Assembly (NCBI GenBank): GCA_973895155.1
Contig: OZ316898.1
Span: forward strand, 11,245,187 to 11,309,186
Source: Marsupella aquatica
Lineage: Eukaryota > Plantae > Marchantiophyta
Length of the DNA stretch: 64,000 nucleotides
Direction: 5' to 3'
Shown in pieces: positions 26,301 through 39,331 of this stretch (position 1 is its first letter; each line of letters starts with the position of its first letter). The notes beneath the pieces were generated by a model. It saw only the letters and a program-made list of their open reading frames with translations. It was not told where the DNA came from and did no database searches. A program made the translations under genes and the position numbers.

Positions 26301-27569
26301 TTCATCCATCAAATCCCGGCATCAAATCAAGTTTGATTTCAATGCAAAGATCTTTTTATGTTTTCGTACCCGCTGGGCACCGAAAGCTTCAGCGTGGCGC
26401 CAGGAACTATCACCAGAGTAGCGCTCGAAGATACAAATGGCGTTAGGTGTGACCACGGGGATGCCGTAATCAGAGGCCAAAACAGCATCCAGATACTGGG
26501 CATGGCGAGGGCAGTCGTTCAAAGGCTCCAGAGGGAACATCAAGGTGCCGAGCCCATACTCCCCAGCATCCATGTAAGTCCTGAAGAACCACCCCTCGGC
26601 TGGATCCTGGTACGGAACGAACATCTCGCTCACAAATCCTTGGTACAACACACTCCTCCACCTGCCACCGTCCAAAATCTGCGCTTGCGAGATGACCGTC
26701 CCTGCACGGGGGTCCATCTTGACATGGAACTGCCAGTTGGCCCATCGGACAGTATTCCGTTCGATTGCAAAGCTGGGGCCCTCGGGCTGCTCGATAGAGA
26801 TAGGCTTCAGCTGAGGTACGAGGGGCAGCTGCTGCTTCTCGAGTCGGTAATCTGTGCCCTCTGCCTTGGGCAAGGGTACCTTGAAAGCATCGGAGAAATG
26901 CACCACGACCAGCTTCTCGATGTCTACCACCAGGGTGATTCCTTCAATTGGTCGCAAGTAGAAATTGACCGTGCCATTCTTGTAAAAGCACTGCACTTTC
27001 ATCAGCCGCTTGCCTTCCTCTTCTGGGACTCCATACCACCCCGGGGAGAACGGCGCGCACAGGACCTCCTCAACATTCAGCCCCCTGCTCGCGATGGCCT
27101 CGAGGAATGGAGGGTGTTGGAGGCTCACGGCATCCGCAAGCAACAGCTCACTCTGAGAAAGAGAAGGTTGTCCTGTGCCAGTGTAGACCTCGTCCGATAC
27201 TACGGAGAGAGAATCCAAATCGACGATGATTTTGTGCGTGATGCCATTCTGCCTTGTCGCAGCAGCTGCCCGACGAGGGGGCCGCTCTGCAGCTGGTCCT
27301 TCAGCCGAGCCACTCCATGCCTTGACGATGTGCTTCTCCGGTTCGTCCAACACCAGCGAACGGAGCTCCGGAAGCGCGCAGTCCAAACACAGCAGCGAGG
27401 CGTTGATCAAGACACTGCGCACGCTCAGAATCTCGTCCACGCTCAGCGGATCGAGAGGATGATAAAATCCAGTCGACAGGCCTTCGTCAGAAGCCTCTGA
27501 AGCGAAGATGGCAATGAGCAGAAACAGCAGACGACTGAGTCTACGCAGCACTTCGACAGCCGACGCCAT
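23358..27569 (-). CDS. Copper-containing amine oxidase (CuAO, TPQ-dependent primary amine oxidase), 6 exons, with an in-frame TAG in exon 3
   Basis: GT-AG exons are 27569-26370, 26097-25984, 25028-24810, 24496-24257, 23972-23875 and 23568-23358 (2082 nt, frame-consistent). The protein has an N-terminal signal peptide, [14 protein letters not shown], the TPQ motif IGNYDY (exon 2), Cu ligands HDH (exon 3) and [15 protein letters not shown] (exon 6). Codon 3 of exon 3 (25020-25022) is TAG. Confidence 0.93.
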
Positions 27570-28919
27570 AACTCATACACTCGCAATCTCGTTCATCCAG
27601 ATGGAACGAATAGGCATTAGCGTCGACGCGGACGAATCCAACCAGGAGGCTTTTAACGACTGATTGTCATCCATTAAAACAATGACCAAAGAATCAGAGT
27701 CAAGAACAATCATGTACAAAGGATGGGAACATTGCCTCCGCGCCATTCTTGGAGCGAACAAATCTAGATCCTCCCTGGAATCCTGGATGCTGGCGTTTGG
27801 CAGCTTCGAAAAGGCTGAGTGTGTGAGAATATGCAACCTTCCGTGCAGCGCAGCCAAAAAGAACAAATTGATTCACAATCCTCGATAAAAGGGAGGCCTG
27901 GTTGACTAATTACAATCCAGACGGATTCTCAAAGTACTCACATTCAGATGGTACTCACATTCGGATGGACTGTACCAGCGGCGTGACCAGCTGCAGGCTA
28001 CAGGGATTCTCGAGTGGACCTGGTATCCTCCGAATCACCATGCAAGATCTCAAGTCGATGGTCCGTAGAGAGCATGACGTATTTAGATCAAGAACTCCCG
28101 AATGTGAGCTTTCTGCAAACTAACGGCGGGTTGCCCGGGAATAAACTGGATGTCAAATGCGAGGTGATGGTGCTCGCCATTCAGAACGCGACGACGAAAT
28201 TGTTCTGTGCAAGCGGTCTGGGAAGGGATCGTCCAATGTTTGGAACCAAAATGCATAGTTGCCAGAGGGAGTCCCGAAAGGGAAACACTCCGCAAGCAAT
28301 ATATGGGGAGCCTTGAGAAACCTCCGTCGAGGTCGTCTAGCGCCGACAGAACTTCCAAAGAGCAATGTTCTCGGAGAACATTAAATATGCAAAGGAACTC
28401 TACTATGTGGAGCCTCCACATTAGACAAATTTCTCTTAGTGACCCTCTTTTTTTTTACTTTTCCTTTTTCAAAGGGGACAATATGAAACCCCAGAAAGGG
28501 TCCTTTTTTTTTCTTGTCTTTTTTCAAAGCAGACATCTGCGAAACCCCACAGAAAGGGAAGAGACGAGTTAAGACTTATGAGTAGTCACTCACAATATTT
28601 GCACACTAGACTTATGAGTCTCAAAGCAAGTGAACTACAGCACAACCATGCCTCTCTAGGGCTCTTAGTGATCCTCCTATCTGTTCCTTTTACATTAGCT
28701 TAGTGTACTTCACAATTTGCTCTTTATGAGTGTTTTATTATTTCTTGTATTATATATAAATTTAGTTATGGACCCAGTGGGAAATTCATTTCAAGATTCA
28801 TGGCATCAAGTGTGATCAGTTTGACACGTAAGTTTGGCTCACAAAGAGTATCAATAATGATAGGATGCAAGAAAAATAAATTAGACCCACTAAGTATATG
28901 ATATTTTGAAATTACAAAC

Positions 28920-30520
28920 TCCAGGGTTTGGTTTTCACAAATTAACACATCATGTGTGACAAAGACATAGGGTCATTTTATTGGTTCTTGAGGAAAATTT
29001 GAGAATTTTCTTGGAAGAAGATTAAGTATGATCCTTTAGGTCCAAATTTGAGACTTGTACGAACATTAGAATCTATATAATTAGACAAAATTCTGGAATA
29101 TTTCAAGAATATTCTAGCTAATAGAGGTAAAAAAACAAAAAAAAATTCTTAGACTTTAGGGGGTACAAAGGCTAAAAATACAGAAGGTGATGGGGAGGCC
29201 TTCCTACAATGAGACCCTTGAGATAGCAGATTCCCTTAGTACTTGATAAAAATTGCCAATGTTGCGCTCATTAGAAAGCTAGTCAAAGAAATCATAGATT
29301 CATGATCTCTCTAGTACTTGACAAAATCTGCCAATGTCTAGGTTCAATATATGTGTGACTGAATAAATACATGTTTACCCAACCTAAAAATGCTACAGGT
29401 GATGTGGCGGGCTCCGTATAGTGAGACCCCGAAGAAAAAATAGTTCATGGACCCTCGAGGGCCTCACTCTGAGGTTCCATTTCATGGGCAAAGGGGGCCT
29501 CAAAATAATTTTTAAATTTTTAAAGGATGTTTTACCCCAAAATTTCTGGAATCTTCTTGGAACATTCTTAAATTTGGTCTTAACACCCCTTGCAATTCCT
29601 GTGAATACCTTTAATTAGTGTTGTATCAAAATTGTGTGTCCACCTGAGTTTACTATGATCATGTGAACACATCACATGGGCTTGATCAATTTCAATCTTG
29701 GATCATTTCCAAGTTGAGGTTCATTCCAAGAACGTCATCAACAGTTTCTTTCCTCCATTCTTTTCAGCATTTTAAATAACTGACTTGAATCTTACTAATA
29801 AATTGCTATGAGCAGCTAGAGTTGGGGTCTCTTTTTATAGAATGAAGCCTCTAGACCACGACTCTAGGCCCCACCAGAATTATGTGGATGAAAGGACAAG
29901 GGGATGTTATGTATGTCGAAATGATATCATGCATGATGATTTGTTGTCATCATTTCTATTAACATTCAAAGAATAATTAGGCATTTATGCTTGTGGATGT
30001 TTAACTCCAGATGGCCCTCCACCTCTTTCCAACGGCTACCTTGTCTATGAATGCAACCTCTGGTATATTGACAATCAATTAGAAATATTTTTTAAAAATT
30101 TTCCAATGAGCCTAACACCACCAACTAAGTATCAAAGAAATCATGATTTTCTGAATTTATCCGCCCTTCCTTGAAAGTCTGGCTATGTTGTCAACAAAAA
30201 ATGATTTTGAATTTCCCCTCATCTCTTGATAAATCCTTTCATGCTTAGAATGCTTAGAATACTTTTTGAAAGAGCTTTACAATAACCCTAACATTTTTTG
30301 ATTTCATCAACTGTCTAAGAAAAAACTCATGGATTTCTACATCGCTATGCCCTTCCAGAGTCTAGCTATGTACTTGGCAAAACCCTATTTCAAAATTCTC
30401 ATTCGTCTCTCAATAAAATCTTTTGTGCTTAACCTCATAAAAAAAAATATAGCAATGGCTCTCCAGTCAACCTAACATTCATTGGTTTGACAGATTTCAT
30501 CCGGTACGAAGGAGAGCATT
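28920..30520. repeat. Further copies/sub-repeats of the same dispersed repeat family
   Basis: The same motifs as 1-610 (CATCATGTGTGACAAA, TCCAAATTTGAGACTTGT, GGTGATGGGGAGG..TGAGACCC, CCTAACA repeats) occur in both orientations. Confidence 0.65.
29790..29938. repeat. Dispersed repeat with an inverted copy at ~43601-43751
   Basis: CTAATAAATTGCTAT..GCTAGAGTTGGGGTCT..TGAAGCCTCTAGACC..TAGGCCCCACCAGAAT..GGATGTTATGTATG..ATCATGCATGATG matches the reverse complement of 43601-43751. Confidence 0.8.
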
Positions 30521-32034
30521 TTTGAACCAGTTTTTACATCCAAAAAATAGAGACAGATGTGTGTTCAAGGCCTTGCCAAATAAATTGTGTTCCAGAGCCG
30601 CCATTCCATGGATATTGACAAGCACCAAGAATTGCAAACTTTCTGCAAACCTATACAATACACAACCCACTTACAAGGCATTAGAACTACACACGATTTC
30701 CAAACTGGGAAAACAAGCATCCTAGCTGCGCTCGGCATTCCAAACCAGGTTTAATTATTCTATTGTTGTATGGCATGCATATCTGTAAGACTTGCAAAAT
30801 AAGTGAGAGTAGAGGGTCCCACAGATGGAAAGAAAGTGGATTTGCATGACGATCTTGGTCGTTGGAAATGTTTGCCATGACATTGTGATTACTATTGGTT
30901 CTGCTATTGGTTTGCAAAAGGGTGAAAAAGTTAATAGGCTTGAGGGGGAATTTTGTTACAAGGATGTGGTAAGTGGTGGAGGGAGGTAAAAAGGTGGGAA
31001 ATGATTTGATATGCCATCCATCTAGGGTGCATCTATACTCTTTTGTGCATGCATGATGGACAAAGAGAAAATAAGTGAGGACCCATGATATCATGTGCAA
31101 TAAAGCATAGGGTTGTTTTATTAATTCTAAGAGAATAATTTCAGCTCTTTGTGAAAGAACACTAGGATACTTTAGATTTTTCAGGCTTATAAGAAACGAT
31201 AGGGCTTTATAAAGCTAGCAAATTTTTTGAATCTTCCACACCTCCCTCCCCCCTCCCACCCCCTCCTTTTTCCTTAAGTTTTAGGGTGTCCGAGCCATCA
31301 ACTCATCGCACGCCATGACATAGCCCTAACCCATGTACATCTCTCCCAACCTCGTCCATTGTCATGTTTTGACGGATGCCAGGGCCGACGACATTGTGGG
31401 GCTGGAACAACATCGGTTGGGGTGGTTAATCCATGTAGTCCACTACAGGCCAATTGGAGGCCTTTTTGGACTCATTGTCTTCCAGGGTTTTCCTTTTATT
31501 TTCTCCCCTTTATTGGGTTTCCTGCCTTTCATATCCTGCAGCAATTGGGAGCTTTCTGTTCTTTGTCAATTTGAATATGTCGTTGGATCTCCTATTAGCT
31601 TCCTGTTAAGGTGATCACATATAAGAGCATCCGCACCGGTGCTCTCCATCCGGGTTGCGGCTGGCATTTCCCGTCATATGCCGGCATGAGACATTTTTCG
31701 CGTTGCACCGGTGATAGGCAGCCCTAATGTTTTTGCCTTTCGCAGCGCGCACACTTTTGCCGACCGGAATACCTGGCGTTTTTGCAGGTCTGTATTCTCC
31801 TTTTGCCAATGCTGGCAAATTCCATTGTCCTTTTGCCACATGTTCACATCCCATGACTCCATGGAATTCCCTCACTTTTATGAACTTCGCGCCAGAGTTG
31901 AGCCCAGACCTCTGCCAAGCTTGTCGAGTGCACTGTAGAGAATGTCGAGTAGACACGGTTTTGCGCCTGCATGTGAAGCTTGTGGTCCCAGCTCCCGATT
32001 TCTGAAGTACGGGGACAGTGCACAGTGATCGTGT

Positions 32035-32997
32035 GTGCTGCAATCTGACGACATGGCGCAGCGAGGGAAGAATTTTAGCCCACCAGAATTAAAGCAACTA
32101 TGCTATTCATACTTGGAGATTTCTCAGGATCCATGTGTTGGCTCGGGGCAGAAGAGAGAGAATTTTTGGGAGCGTGTCAGGGAGCACTACGATAGAAATA
32201 AACCAAGAGGTCTTGAAAGTAGGACCTCAAAATCTCTCGAAAGCAAGTGGGGTGATGTGCGGAAGGCCACGACTCGTTTTATTGGATGCTACAAATGTGT
32301 TGAAGATCTTGACATTTCTGGCACCAACAGCGACGACACATTGATCAAGGCGAAAGAACTGTACAAGACACGACATTCAAAGGGCAAGGAATTTTCCTTT
32401 TCTGTGTGCTACGACATCCTGAAGGACTGCCCAAGGTGGATGTTGCCAGAAGACCAAATGTCGAAAGGAAATGGGAAACGCAAGCAGTCAATGTCGACAC
32501 CAAGCAAGGAACAAGGGGAGAAGGAGTACACAAATTTGTCAGATGAGGGGCCAAACTATGTTCAATCCAAACCAGAGAAGGAGCAGAATGAGCAGGAGAG
32601 CTCCCAAGGAAATTCGAGCAAGAGGCCCCTTGGAAGCAAGCTGGCAAAGGACAATGCCAAGAAAATGAGACCTCATGAAGATGCATTCAAGATGGCTGCC
32701 CAAGCTCAGAAGGTGATGGCTGAAACAGGTGTGCAACGTTTGAGGGTTCTGGAGAGCCAAACATTCATGAATATGCTCACAATGCCAACAGAGCACCTTG
32801 ACAACGAGACCTTGGATTTTTTGAAATTGTGGAGGACAGACCAAATGACCAAGTTAAGGGACAGGATCTCTGTCGGGAGCATTGGAATACCCTCCCCGTT
32901 GCCACCAAGGGCGTCCAGGAGTTCCCTTCCAACTCCATTGCCTAGCGATGAAGATTCTTCACCTATAGATGAAATTGACCCTCTATCCCCCCAATAG
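32035..32997 (+). CDS. Harbinger DNA-binding protein (Myb/SANT-like, NAM-associated type); likely start MAQRGKNF at 32053
   Basis: RGKNFSPPELKQLCYSYLEISQDPCVGSGQKRENFWERV...LESKW...CYDILKDCPRW...KRPLGSKLAK is the typical plant Harbinger ORF1 pattern. The ORF is open and lies inside the TIRs. Confidence 0.85.
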   Translation: MLQSDDMAQRGKNFSPPELKQLCYSYLEISQDPCVGSGQKRENFWERVREHYDRNKPRGLESRTSKSLESKWGDVRKATTRFIGCYKCVEDLDISGTNSDDTLIKAKELYKTRHSKGKEFSFSVCYDILKDCPRWMLPEDQMSKGNGKRKQSMSTPSKEQGEKEYTNLSDEGPNYVQSKPEKEQNEQESSQGNSSKRPLGSKLAKDNAKKMRPHEDAFKMAAQAQKVMAETGVQRLRVLESQTFMNMLTMPTEHLDNETLDFLKLWRTDQMTKLRDRISVGSIGIPSPLPPRASRSSLPTPLPSDEDSSPIDEIDPLSPQ

Positions 32998-34102
32998 TGA
33001 CATAATATTGGATGTAGTATTTTTTTGTCACAATCTTAGATGCGTATGTACTCTTGAAAATTCCAAATGTTAATAAAGTGGCCCTAGTTATGTTCATTCA
33101 TATCTGACTTTGTGTGTGGGACTAGTCCAAAATTGTGAAGCCTGTATTTCACGAAGCTCACAGTCACGCTCTGTACAAGGTCCTCTTGGTACTGCAACGT
33201 CAGGGAATTATTTATGGTCTTGTCTCCCACGGTACAGACCTCTGTATGTACAGACTTGTGAGCTCATGTGAATGCTCCTGCAATTTGTGTGATCTGATGG
33301 CAACCCTTGATCATGTACAGTGAAAGTCGTTGGGCCTGGAGCTTTTCCTCTTCTTGTTGTGCAAACTTACGGGAGCTCGCCATAATTGCATTTTCGTGGT
33401 CACCTTTTTTAAGCTTGAGCTTTTCTGTTGTGCAACCGTGGACTCGTTGTTTTTCGGGGCTGGGAGAACTACCGACTCGGTCATCAAGGAAAGATGTCAA
33501 TCTCAAGCTCTGAAAGCTCCACTGCTCATTCAAAGCCATGCCCCTCCATAGTGAAGCCCGTAGTCAGGAGAAGTCCAATTGCAAAAGAGAAGGCCACACA
33601 GTAGAAGAGACAACAAACCCCTAGAGTTCATTTTGTCTTGAACGAGGGGCAGCCAATTCGTTTGAACAAGAGCTTCTTCACAGCATGGAGGACTCAGGGG
33701 ACAATGAGGAAGACGATAAATAAGTTTGACACTACCTTGAGCAAAAGGTTCGTATGCAGCAGGCTCAGTTTTAATTATGTTTGTTGTCTATCAAAAATTG
33801 ACAGAGTATGTTGTGGGCTTATGTTGCACGTACTCTGTGTGCTGCACAGGTCTACTTTGTATGATGAGCGAATGGAGTTTGGCGTAGCAAGCTGTGGAAT
33901 ACGAGTGAATGAAGTGTCATTCACATTATGAGTTTTGAGCACCTTCATCTCACAGGGTAGCATTTAGACTCTGAAACATTTTCAGTCTACATAGTTCAGA
34001 CGTCTCAATTTTGTATACACAAAACTGAAATAAAATGCAGGCACTTTATTGCACATCTCATGATCACATATTCTGAATGTACAGTCCTACAATATTTCTA
34101 CA

Positions 34103-35426
34103 CTACTCCTCTAATCCAATGTCACCCTTCTGCTTCCATAGATGTTCCATTAAGTCATTTCGCAGGGCATTCCAACTGCTTGCATTCTCGAGCTCTCTTG
34201 TGGCAGCTAGGTAGTCCCTCCATGGCATTCTTCCTCTCTGCACTGCCAATAAAGGACCAGCCTCAATTCTAAAATCTTCATGTTCCTCCCCTCGCTCATC
34301 CTCAATGATCATGTTGTGAAGGACAATGCAGGCCATCAGAATTGTATGCACTCGCTCGAGATGCTAAGATCTTGCTGGTTGTTTCACAATTCCCCATCTA
34401 GCTTGCAAAACCCCAAAGGCTCTCTCCACATCTTTTCTGGCAGCCTCTTGGCACTTGGCAAAAAAACACTTCTTCTATGATTGGGGCTTGTGAAAAGTCG
34501 TGACAAAACAAGACCACTTGGGATAAATGCCATCAACCAAGAGGTAGGCTCTCTTGTACAATGTGCCATTAATGTTGTAGTTGAGTTGCTCATAGTGCTG
34601 GTGCAACATGTCATTCACCAGAGGAGATCGGTCCAATACACTTAAGTCATTGTTCCCACCAGGCAAGCCAAAGAATGCATGCCAAATCCAAAGCTCTTGA
34701 TCTGCAATTGCCTCTAGAACTATTGATTTGTTGCCATCTTTGTCTGTGAATTGCCCCTGCCAAGCCACAGGGCAATTTTCCACTCGTAGTGCATGCAGTC
34801 TAGCGAAGCAAACATTCCGGGGAATCCTCTACTCTCGTTCACAGCCAACAAGCGCAGGAAGTCACTCCTATCTGGCTTCCTCAGGTACTTCTCCTCATAC
34901 AATTGCCGAATTGCCAAGCAAAACCTATACAATGACTTCCTAGCTGTAGATTCTCCAAGCCTACAATACTCGTCTGTTGCATCTGCACCAATTCTAAATG
35001 CCAATTGCCGGAGAGCTGCAGTGATTTTCTGGAGACCAGATAACCCTATTTTGTTGGCAGCATCTCGCCTCTGTTGGAAGAAGCTGTCATGTGCACAAAT
35101 CGCTTGGTGAATTTTGTGGAATAGTCTTCGTGTCATCCTAAACCTACGTCGAAAGTCCCTATTGTCATACGTACAGGGCTCTGCAAAGTAATCATCCCAA
35201 ATTACTTGATGTCCCCTCTATTCTTCCGATCTTTGTTGGGTCTCTTGCCAAGCACTGATCCACCACCTCGTTTGTGCTCTTTCTGCTGGATTGTACCAAG
35301 CCCTTGGAGCGACAAGGGACCGGTCAGTATAGCCTTCTCCCAGAAATCCTGCTCCTCTTCCATTGAATTCTGCTCAGCTTCAATCTGCAATCGCAAATTC
35401 AACCTCCATACTTCAAGGCGATCCAT
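34103..35426 (-). pseudogene. Harbinger (HARBI1-like) DDE transposase, disrupted
   Basis: Motifs DDYF...FRRRFRM, RGFPGMFASLDCMH, WIWHAFFGLPGGNNDLSVL, YLLVDGIYP, RKDVERAFGVLQARW and ACIVLHNMIIEDE. Frameshifts near 35215 and 34776; in-frame TAG stops at 34475-34477 and 34364-34366. Confidence 0.92.
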
Positions 35427-36262
35427 CACAAAAAATTGGATGAAATTGGTCAGAGTTCTTTTGTTGCAAAAAAGCTTCGCGGGCGCAGGCTATGGAGTTT
35501 CGGCATGACGAACGTCCATTCTTGATTCCCCGTGTTTTTGCATTCTCTCGGTCGAAACACTGCACTCCCGTGTGGTGGACGGTGTTCGAACCTGAGTTGC
35601 TGAGGTGCGAACGCAGGTTAACCCATTTGCAGGTGCTGGTTTACAAGGCACGGGTGCAATATCATGCACCCGAACCATATCGGGATGCCGGCTTCCAAAT
35701 GGTGGCAGAAGTTTTCCCTTTGGCAGCCCTGGGCCGCTAAACCGGTGTGGATGCTCTAACCCAGGTGATGACTGGCATTTATCTTGGGGGGGTGGGGGGT
35801 ATTGGGGGTCTTTTGGACTCATTGTCTTCCAGGGTTATTTACTAGGTAAAGCAGTTTGGGGCAGAATAATGGTGGGGTAGGCTAGTAAAACACGGATACC
35901 TTAGAATAAGCCAAACACAACGCTGGTATTGACACTTGGAAATACCGCAGGATTGCCAGAGCTGTTTCTTCGGGAAAATGGCAGGAAAACGGAGTGCAAT
36001 CACTGATTAGGGTGTTATGTTGATGTCGGTAAGGCATGTTGAAGCCTCGACTGTGCTCTCCCGTTGTTAGAAGCATCGCAGCACGAGGAAAAGAGCTCTG
36101 GAAGACCGAGGATTCCGGAGAGACCTTCTGTTTGTTCTCGGCCGTTAGCGAACGACAGACGTACATCATCATCACCATCATCAGTGAGAAGGTAGACAAA
36201 AGCATTGCCCCCGCAAGGCGCTCAGGGGAGCAACCATTTACGTTTTGCCCGGGCGGGCCAGA

Positions 36263-39200
36263 ATGGCGGACAAACGCCTGGTGCTGTTCCTCCGCACCGC
36301 CGCTTGGGGATTACCCACGGCTTGCCCGACATGCCTCCCTTCGTACCTCTACCTTAAGCTCGCTCGCATTGCCTTCACACCTCAGTTTGCGACTTTCCAG
36401 CCTGATTCAGGTCTGCCCCTCGCTTCTGCATAACATGGTCCGCGCTTTCTACGTCTTGTTTGTGCTCATTGATACAGTTGGACTGATTCCGTCTCTTCTG
36501 CCGTTAGTGCTTTCCTTCAGTTTTCATCAGATACGTCGAATATGTGCAGAATGCTGGTTGTGGGGTCGTCTAGGACTGCCCTTTGATTTTCCTGAAAGAT
36601 TACAGAATTCTCACACGATGTGTTTTGCCTGAATGGATGGTCGAGGATTATTCTTCTGGCGGGTCGTTGGATGAACCCCGCACTTCTGTAGCTATGGGTG
36701 AAAAAAGTGCAAGATATACATGCTAGACACGGTAGGATGGGAATATTTTGATCAGGTCTTGATTTGGAATTGAAAATTCTCGAAATTCTTGGAATTGATG
36801 TCATCTGGTTTTTCTTTATGCAGAAGACTTACCCATACTGGAGTACGGTGACCTAGTCGGTTATGGAAACGAAACCGGCGGCATTTTTGAAATTCTTAGA
36901 AGAGAGAATATTGTAGACCTAGATCATGGATTAGCAGATTCGGACAAGGCAGATTTGAATGCGTACACCGCGATTGTGAGTTCTTGGCTAGTTGACGCTC
37001 TCACATACGAGCTGTGGTTGAAGGAAAACGATGCTACAGTTGCCGTAGTATACTTCTCGTCCCTTCCCTGGCCTATCAACAAAGCTCTTGATTGGAAACA
37101 GAGAAGATCTGTAATGGCCCGCCTCGGGATAACGACTGAGAACGTCACAGAACGTTCAGCAGAGGTACTTTACTATTGAAGTGAGTGTTTAAGCTTTTAA
37201 TCATTGAGAGTGGGACAGTAATTCATTAATCGAACATAAGGGTCCGAATTCTGGGGTTCATATGAGAGCACTTTGGCCGTTTCTAAATGCGCTATACAGA
37301 ACGATGTTTCGGATACTCTTCATACGAACATCACATCCTGGAGGCTCTAACTTGTCGATCTTTTCAAGGGCAACTTTATAGGTTCACAAAGATTTTAAAG
37401 AGAAACGGTAAGAGACCAGTCACCTTTGGTTGGGGGAATGCGTTTGAGGAACAAGGAAGTTCGATGCCTTATATATACGTACTTTACACTGAGCGAACAC
37501 AGCAGGTCAAGCTGACCAGCACCTGATAGATACTAGTATATGGCTCTGGGAGGGAAAGTAGTGCGTGAAAGGACCCCTGGTACACTTTCGTCATTACTAA
37601 GCATAATTCGAAAGATTATAAGGAACTTCAATCATCCATAATTCTTTGTGTTTTGCTTACCTTACGTTCAATCTCATCTCGCTGAGAATCCTGTTTTCTC
37701 TAGCTCTAATTTGGCATCTTGCATAAAGCATCTAGTTCTTCAAGAAACACATATTCAACGCACTTTGTAGCTTAGAAAAACTTCATCGCTCTGATTTTCA
37801 CGAGTGACAATTATCTAGAATTGATGTGGGCATTCCAACCAAACTGACGAGGTGATAAAGTTGGCCTACTAGTCCTTGTAGTGGCTTCATCCTTTCTTCC
37901 AGTAGTCTGACATTCTCCTCTCTTGAGCCTTTTGACATCCCTTTTTCAAAGTCATAGTTTTCTTTGATCTTATGTTTGCTTGGATATTAGCTTTGTACTT
38001 GGTAAGATGTGGGACTAGCCGTCAAGGAAGCAGTCCTCAGATACCTCCCTCGGGCGCACTCGTTTGTGCACTATTTTCCTTCCCTTAAATGGCCTCAAAA
38101 CGTTATGGCGGTCCTCAGATACCTCCCTCGGGTTAACGGCACAGAAGAAACGCCTGGTTTATTGCAAGAAGGAAGTTGCCAGTGGCTTGCAAACCCAAGA
38201 TAGGTCTTTTAGTTGCTAAATATTGTAATTCTGATGGGAACAGTTGTACAGGAAAGCTGCTGCAGCATATGAGGCACTTGCCATGCGCCTAGGCGATCAG
38301 AAGTATTTTGTGGCTGGAAGGTGAGACTGTCATCATGAGCTCCATCCTGACCAAAGTGGTGTTGTCCTCTCCTCGCGGGGTGAATCAGAACTAAGGACTA
38401 AGGCATGTGTAACCGTTATTATGCGAACTCGATCTAACGGGCACAGGTCACTGTCCGGTAAATCTTTAGTTTTTTACCAGTAAAAGTATGTTGTTAGAAC
38501 ATTACAACGGGTTATAGAGACTCCAGATTTGGCTGGAAAGTTGTTAGTGATGTCAGTGGACTGTTCATGGTCGTGTTGGCTGGGCTAATCTTGATTGGTA
38601 CTGGATGATTGCAGGGCAACCAGTCTTGATGCAATGTTCTTAGGCCATATTCTTTTCCTTCAACAAGCACCGTTGGTACTTTTTCTGCCTACTTATACGT
38701 TGAATTTTTCTCATGGACCCTTGTATTTCTCATGCTTTTGAAACTGTCCCAAGGAGGTTCTTCAGCACTTCTAACCAAGCTTCTATGAGGGGCAAATCCT
38801 GCTCTCCTTTCACTTTGCAGCGAGGACTCTCAGAAGTAACTTGATGTTAACTCAATGCTGAGTTGCTCACTGCTGCAGGAAGTATCTCGTTTAAGGCGGG
38901 AGCTGAGTAAGCATACAAACTTGCTGAACTATGCTGAAGTGATGAAGACCAAGATCTTTGGAGATATGGTTTCCCCAATCATGCCAAAAATCCGGACATC
39001 GGTAACAGGAACCAGTACAGCAAGTAGCATGAGTAGAGGTCAGTATCCAAACTGTGTGCTTTCGTACGATATCCAGGATTGCGCTTTGGGGCTTACGATG
39101 AGTTTTGTCGAGTGTCAGCTTATTGTGAAGTGTTTTGTCTACGAAACAGGTCCTACGGGGACGTCTACGAAAAAAAATACTAAGACGAGAAGCGACAAAG

Positions 39201-39331
39201 AGAAAGTGTTCCGGAAACGGGCAAAGTATTTTATAATTGCCCAAGTGGCTGCTATTTTGTTGTATGTTGTCTTTGCCGGCATTGAGGTCGAAGATGAAGG
39301 CATGGAGGATGATGGTGGTGTTGACGACTAG
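36263..39331 (+). CDS. MTX1: Metaxin (mitochondrial outer-membrane import/SAM component), 6 exons
   Basis: Exons are 36263-36410, 36824-37164, 38244-38320, 38615-38675, 38879-~39038 and ~39150-39331. Motifs WGLPTACPTCLPSYLYLKLA, LPILEYG, YFSSLPWPI, AYEALAMRLGDQKYF and TSLDAMFLGH, plus a C-terminal TM helix (KYFIIAQVAAILLYVVF) followed by an acidic tail. Confidence 0.9.

Larger units (their letters stand above)
31625..35756. mobile_element. PIF/Harbinger DNA transposon, full length, non-autonomous by decay
   Basis: 16-bp TIRs: GAGCATCCGCACCGGT (31625-31640) and ACCGGTGTGGATGCTC (35741-35756), one mismatch. TAA on both sides (31622-31624, 35757-35759). Contains convergent Myb/SANT-like and DDE ORFs. 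Confidence 0.93.

Noticed and set aside
26358-27500. 380-aa ORF on the + strand
   Set aside because: It is the antisense shadow of GC-rich CuAO exon 1, with no recognisable motifs.
27573-28572. ORFs of 70-120 aa upstream of CuAO
   Set aside because: No domain motifs; probably promoter or decayed sequence.
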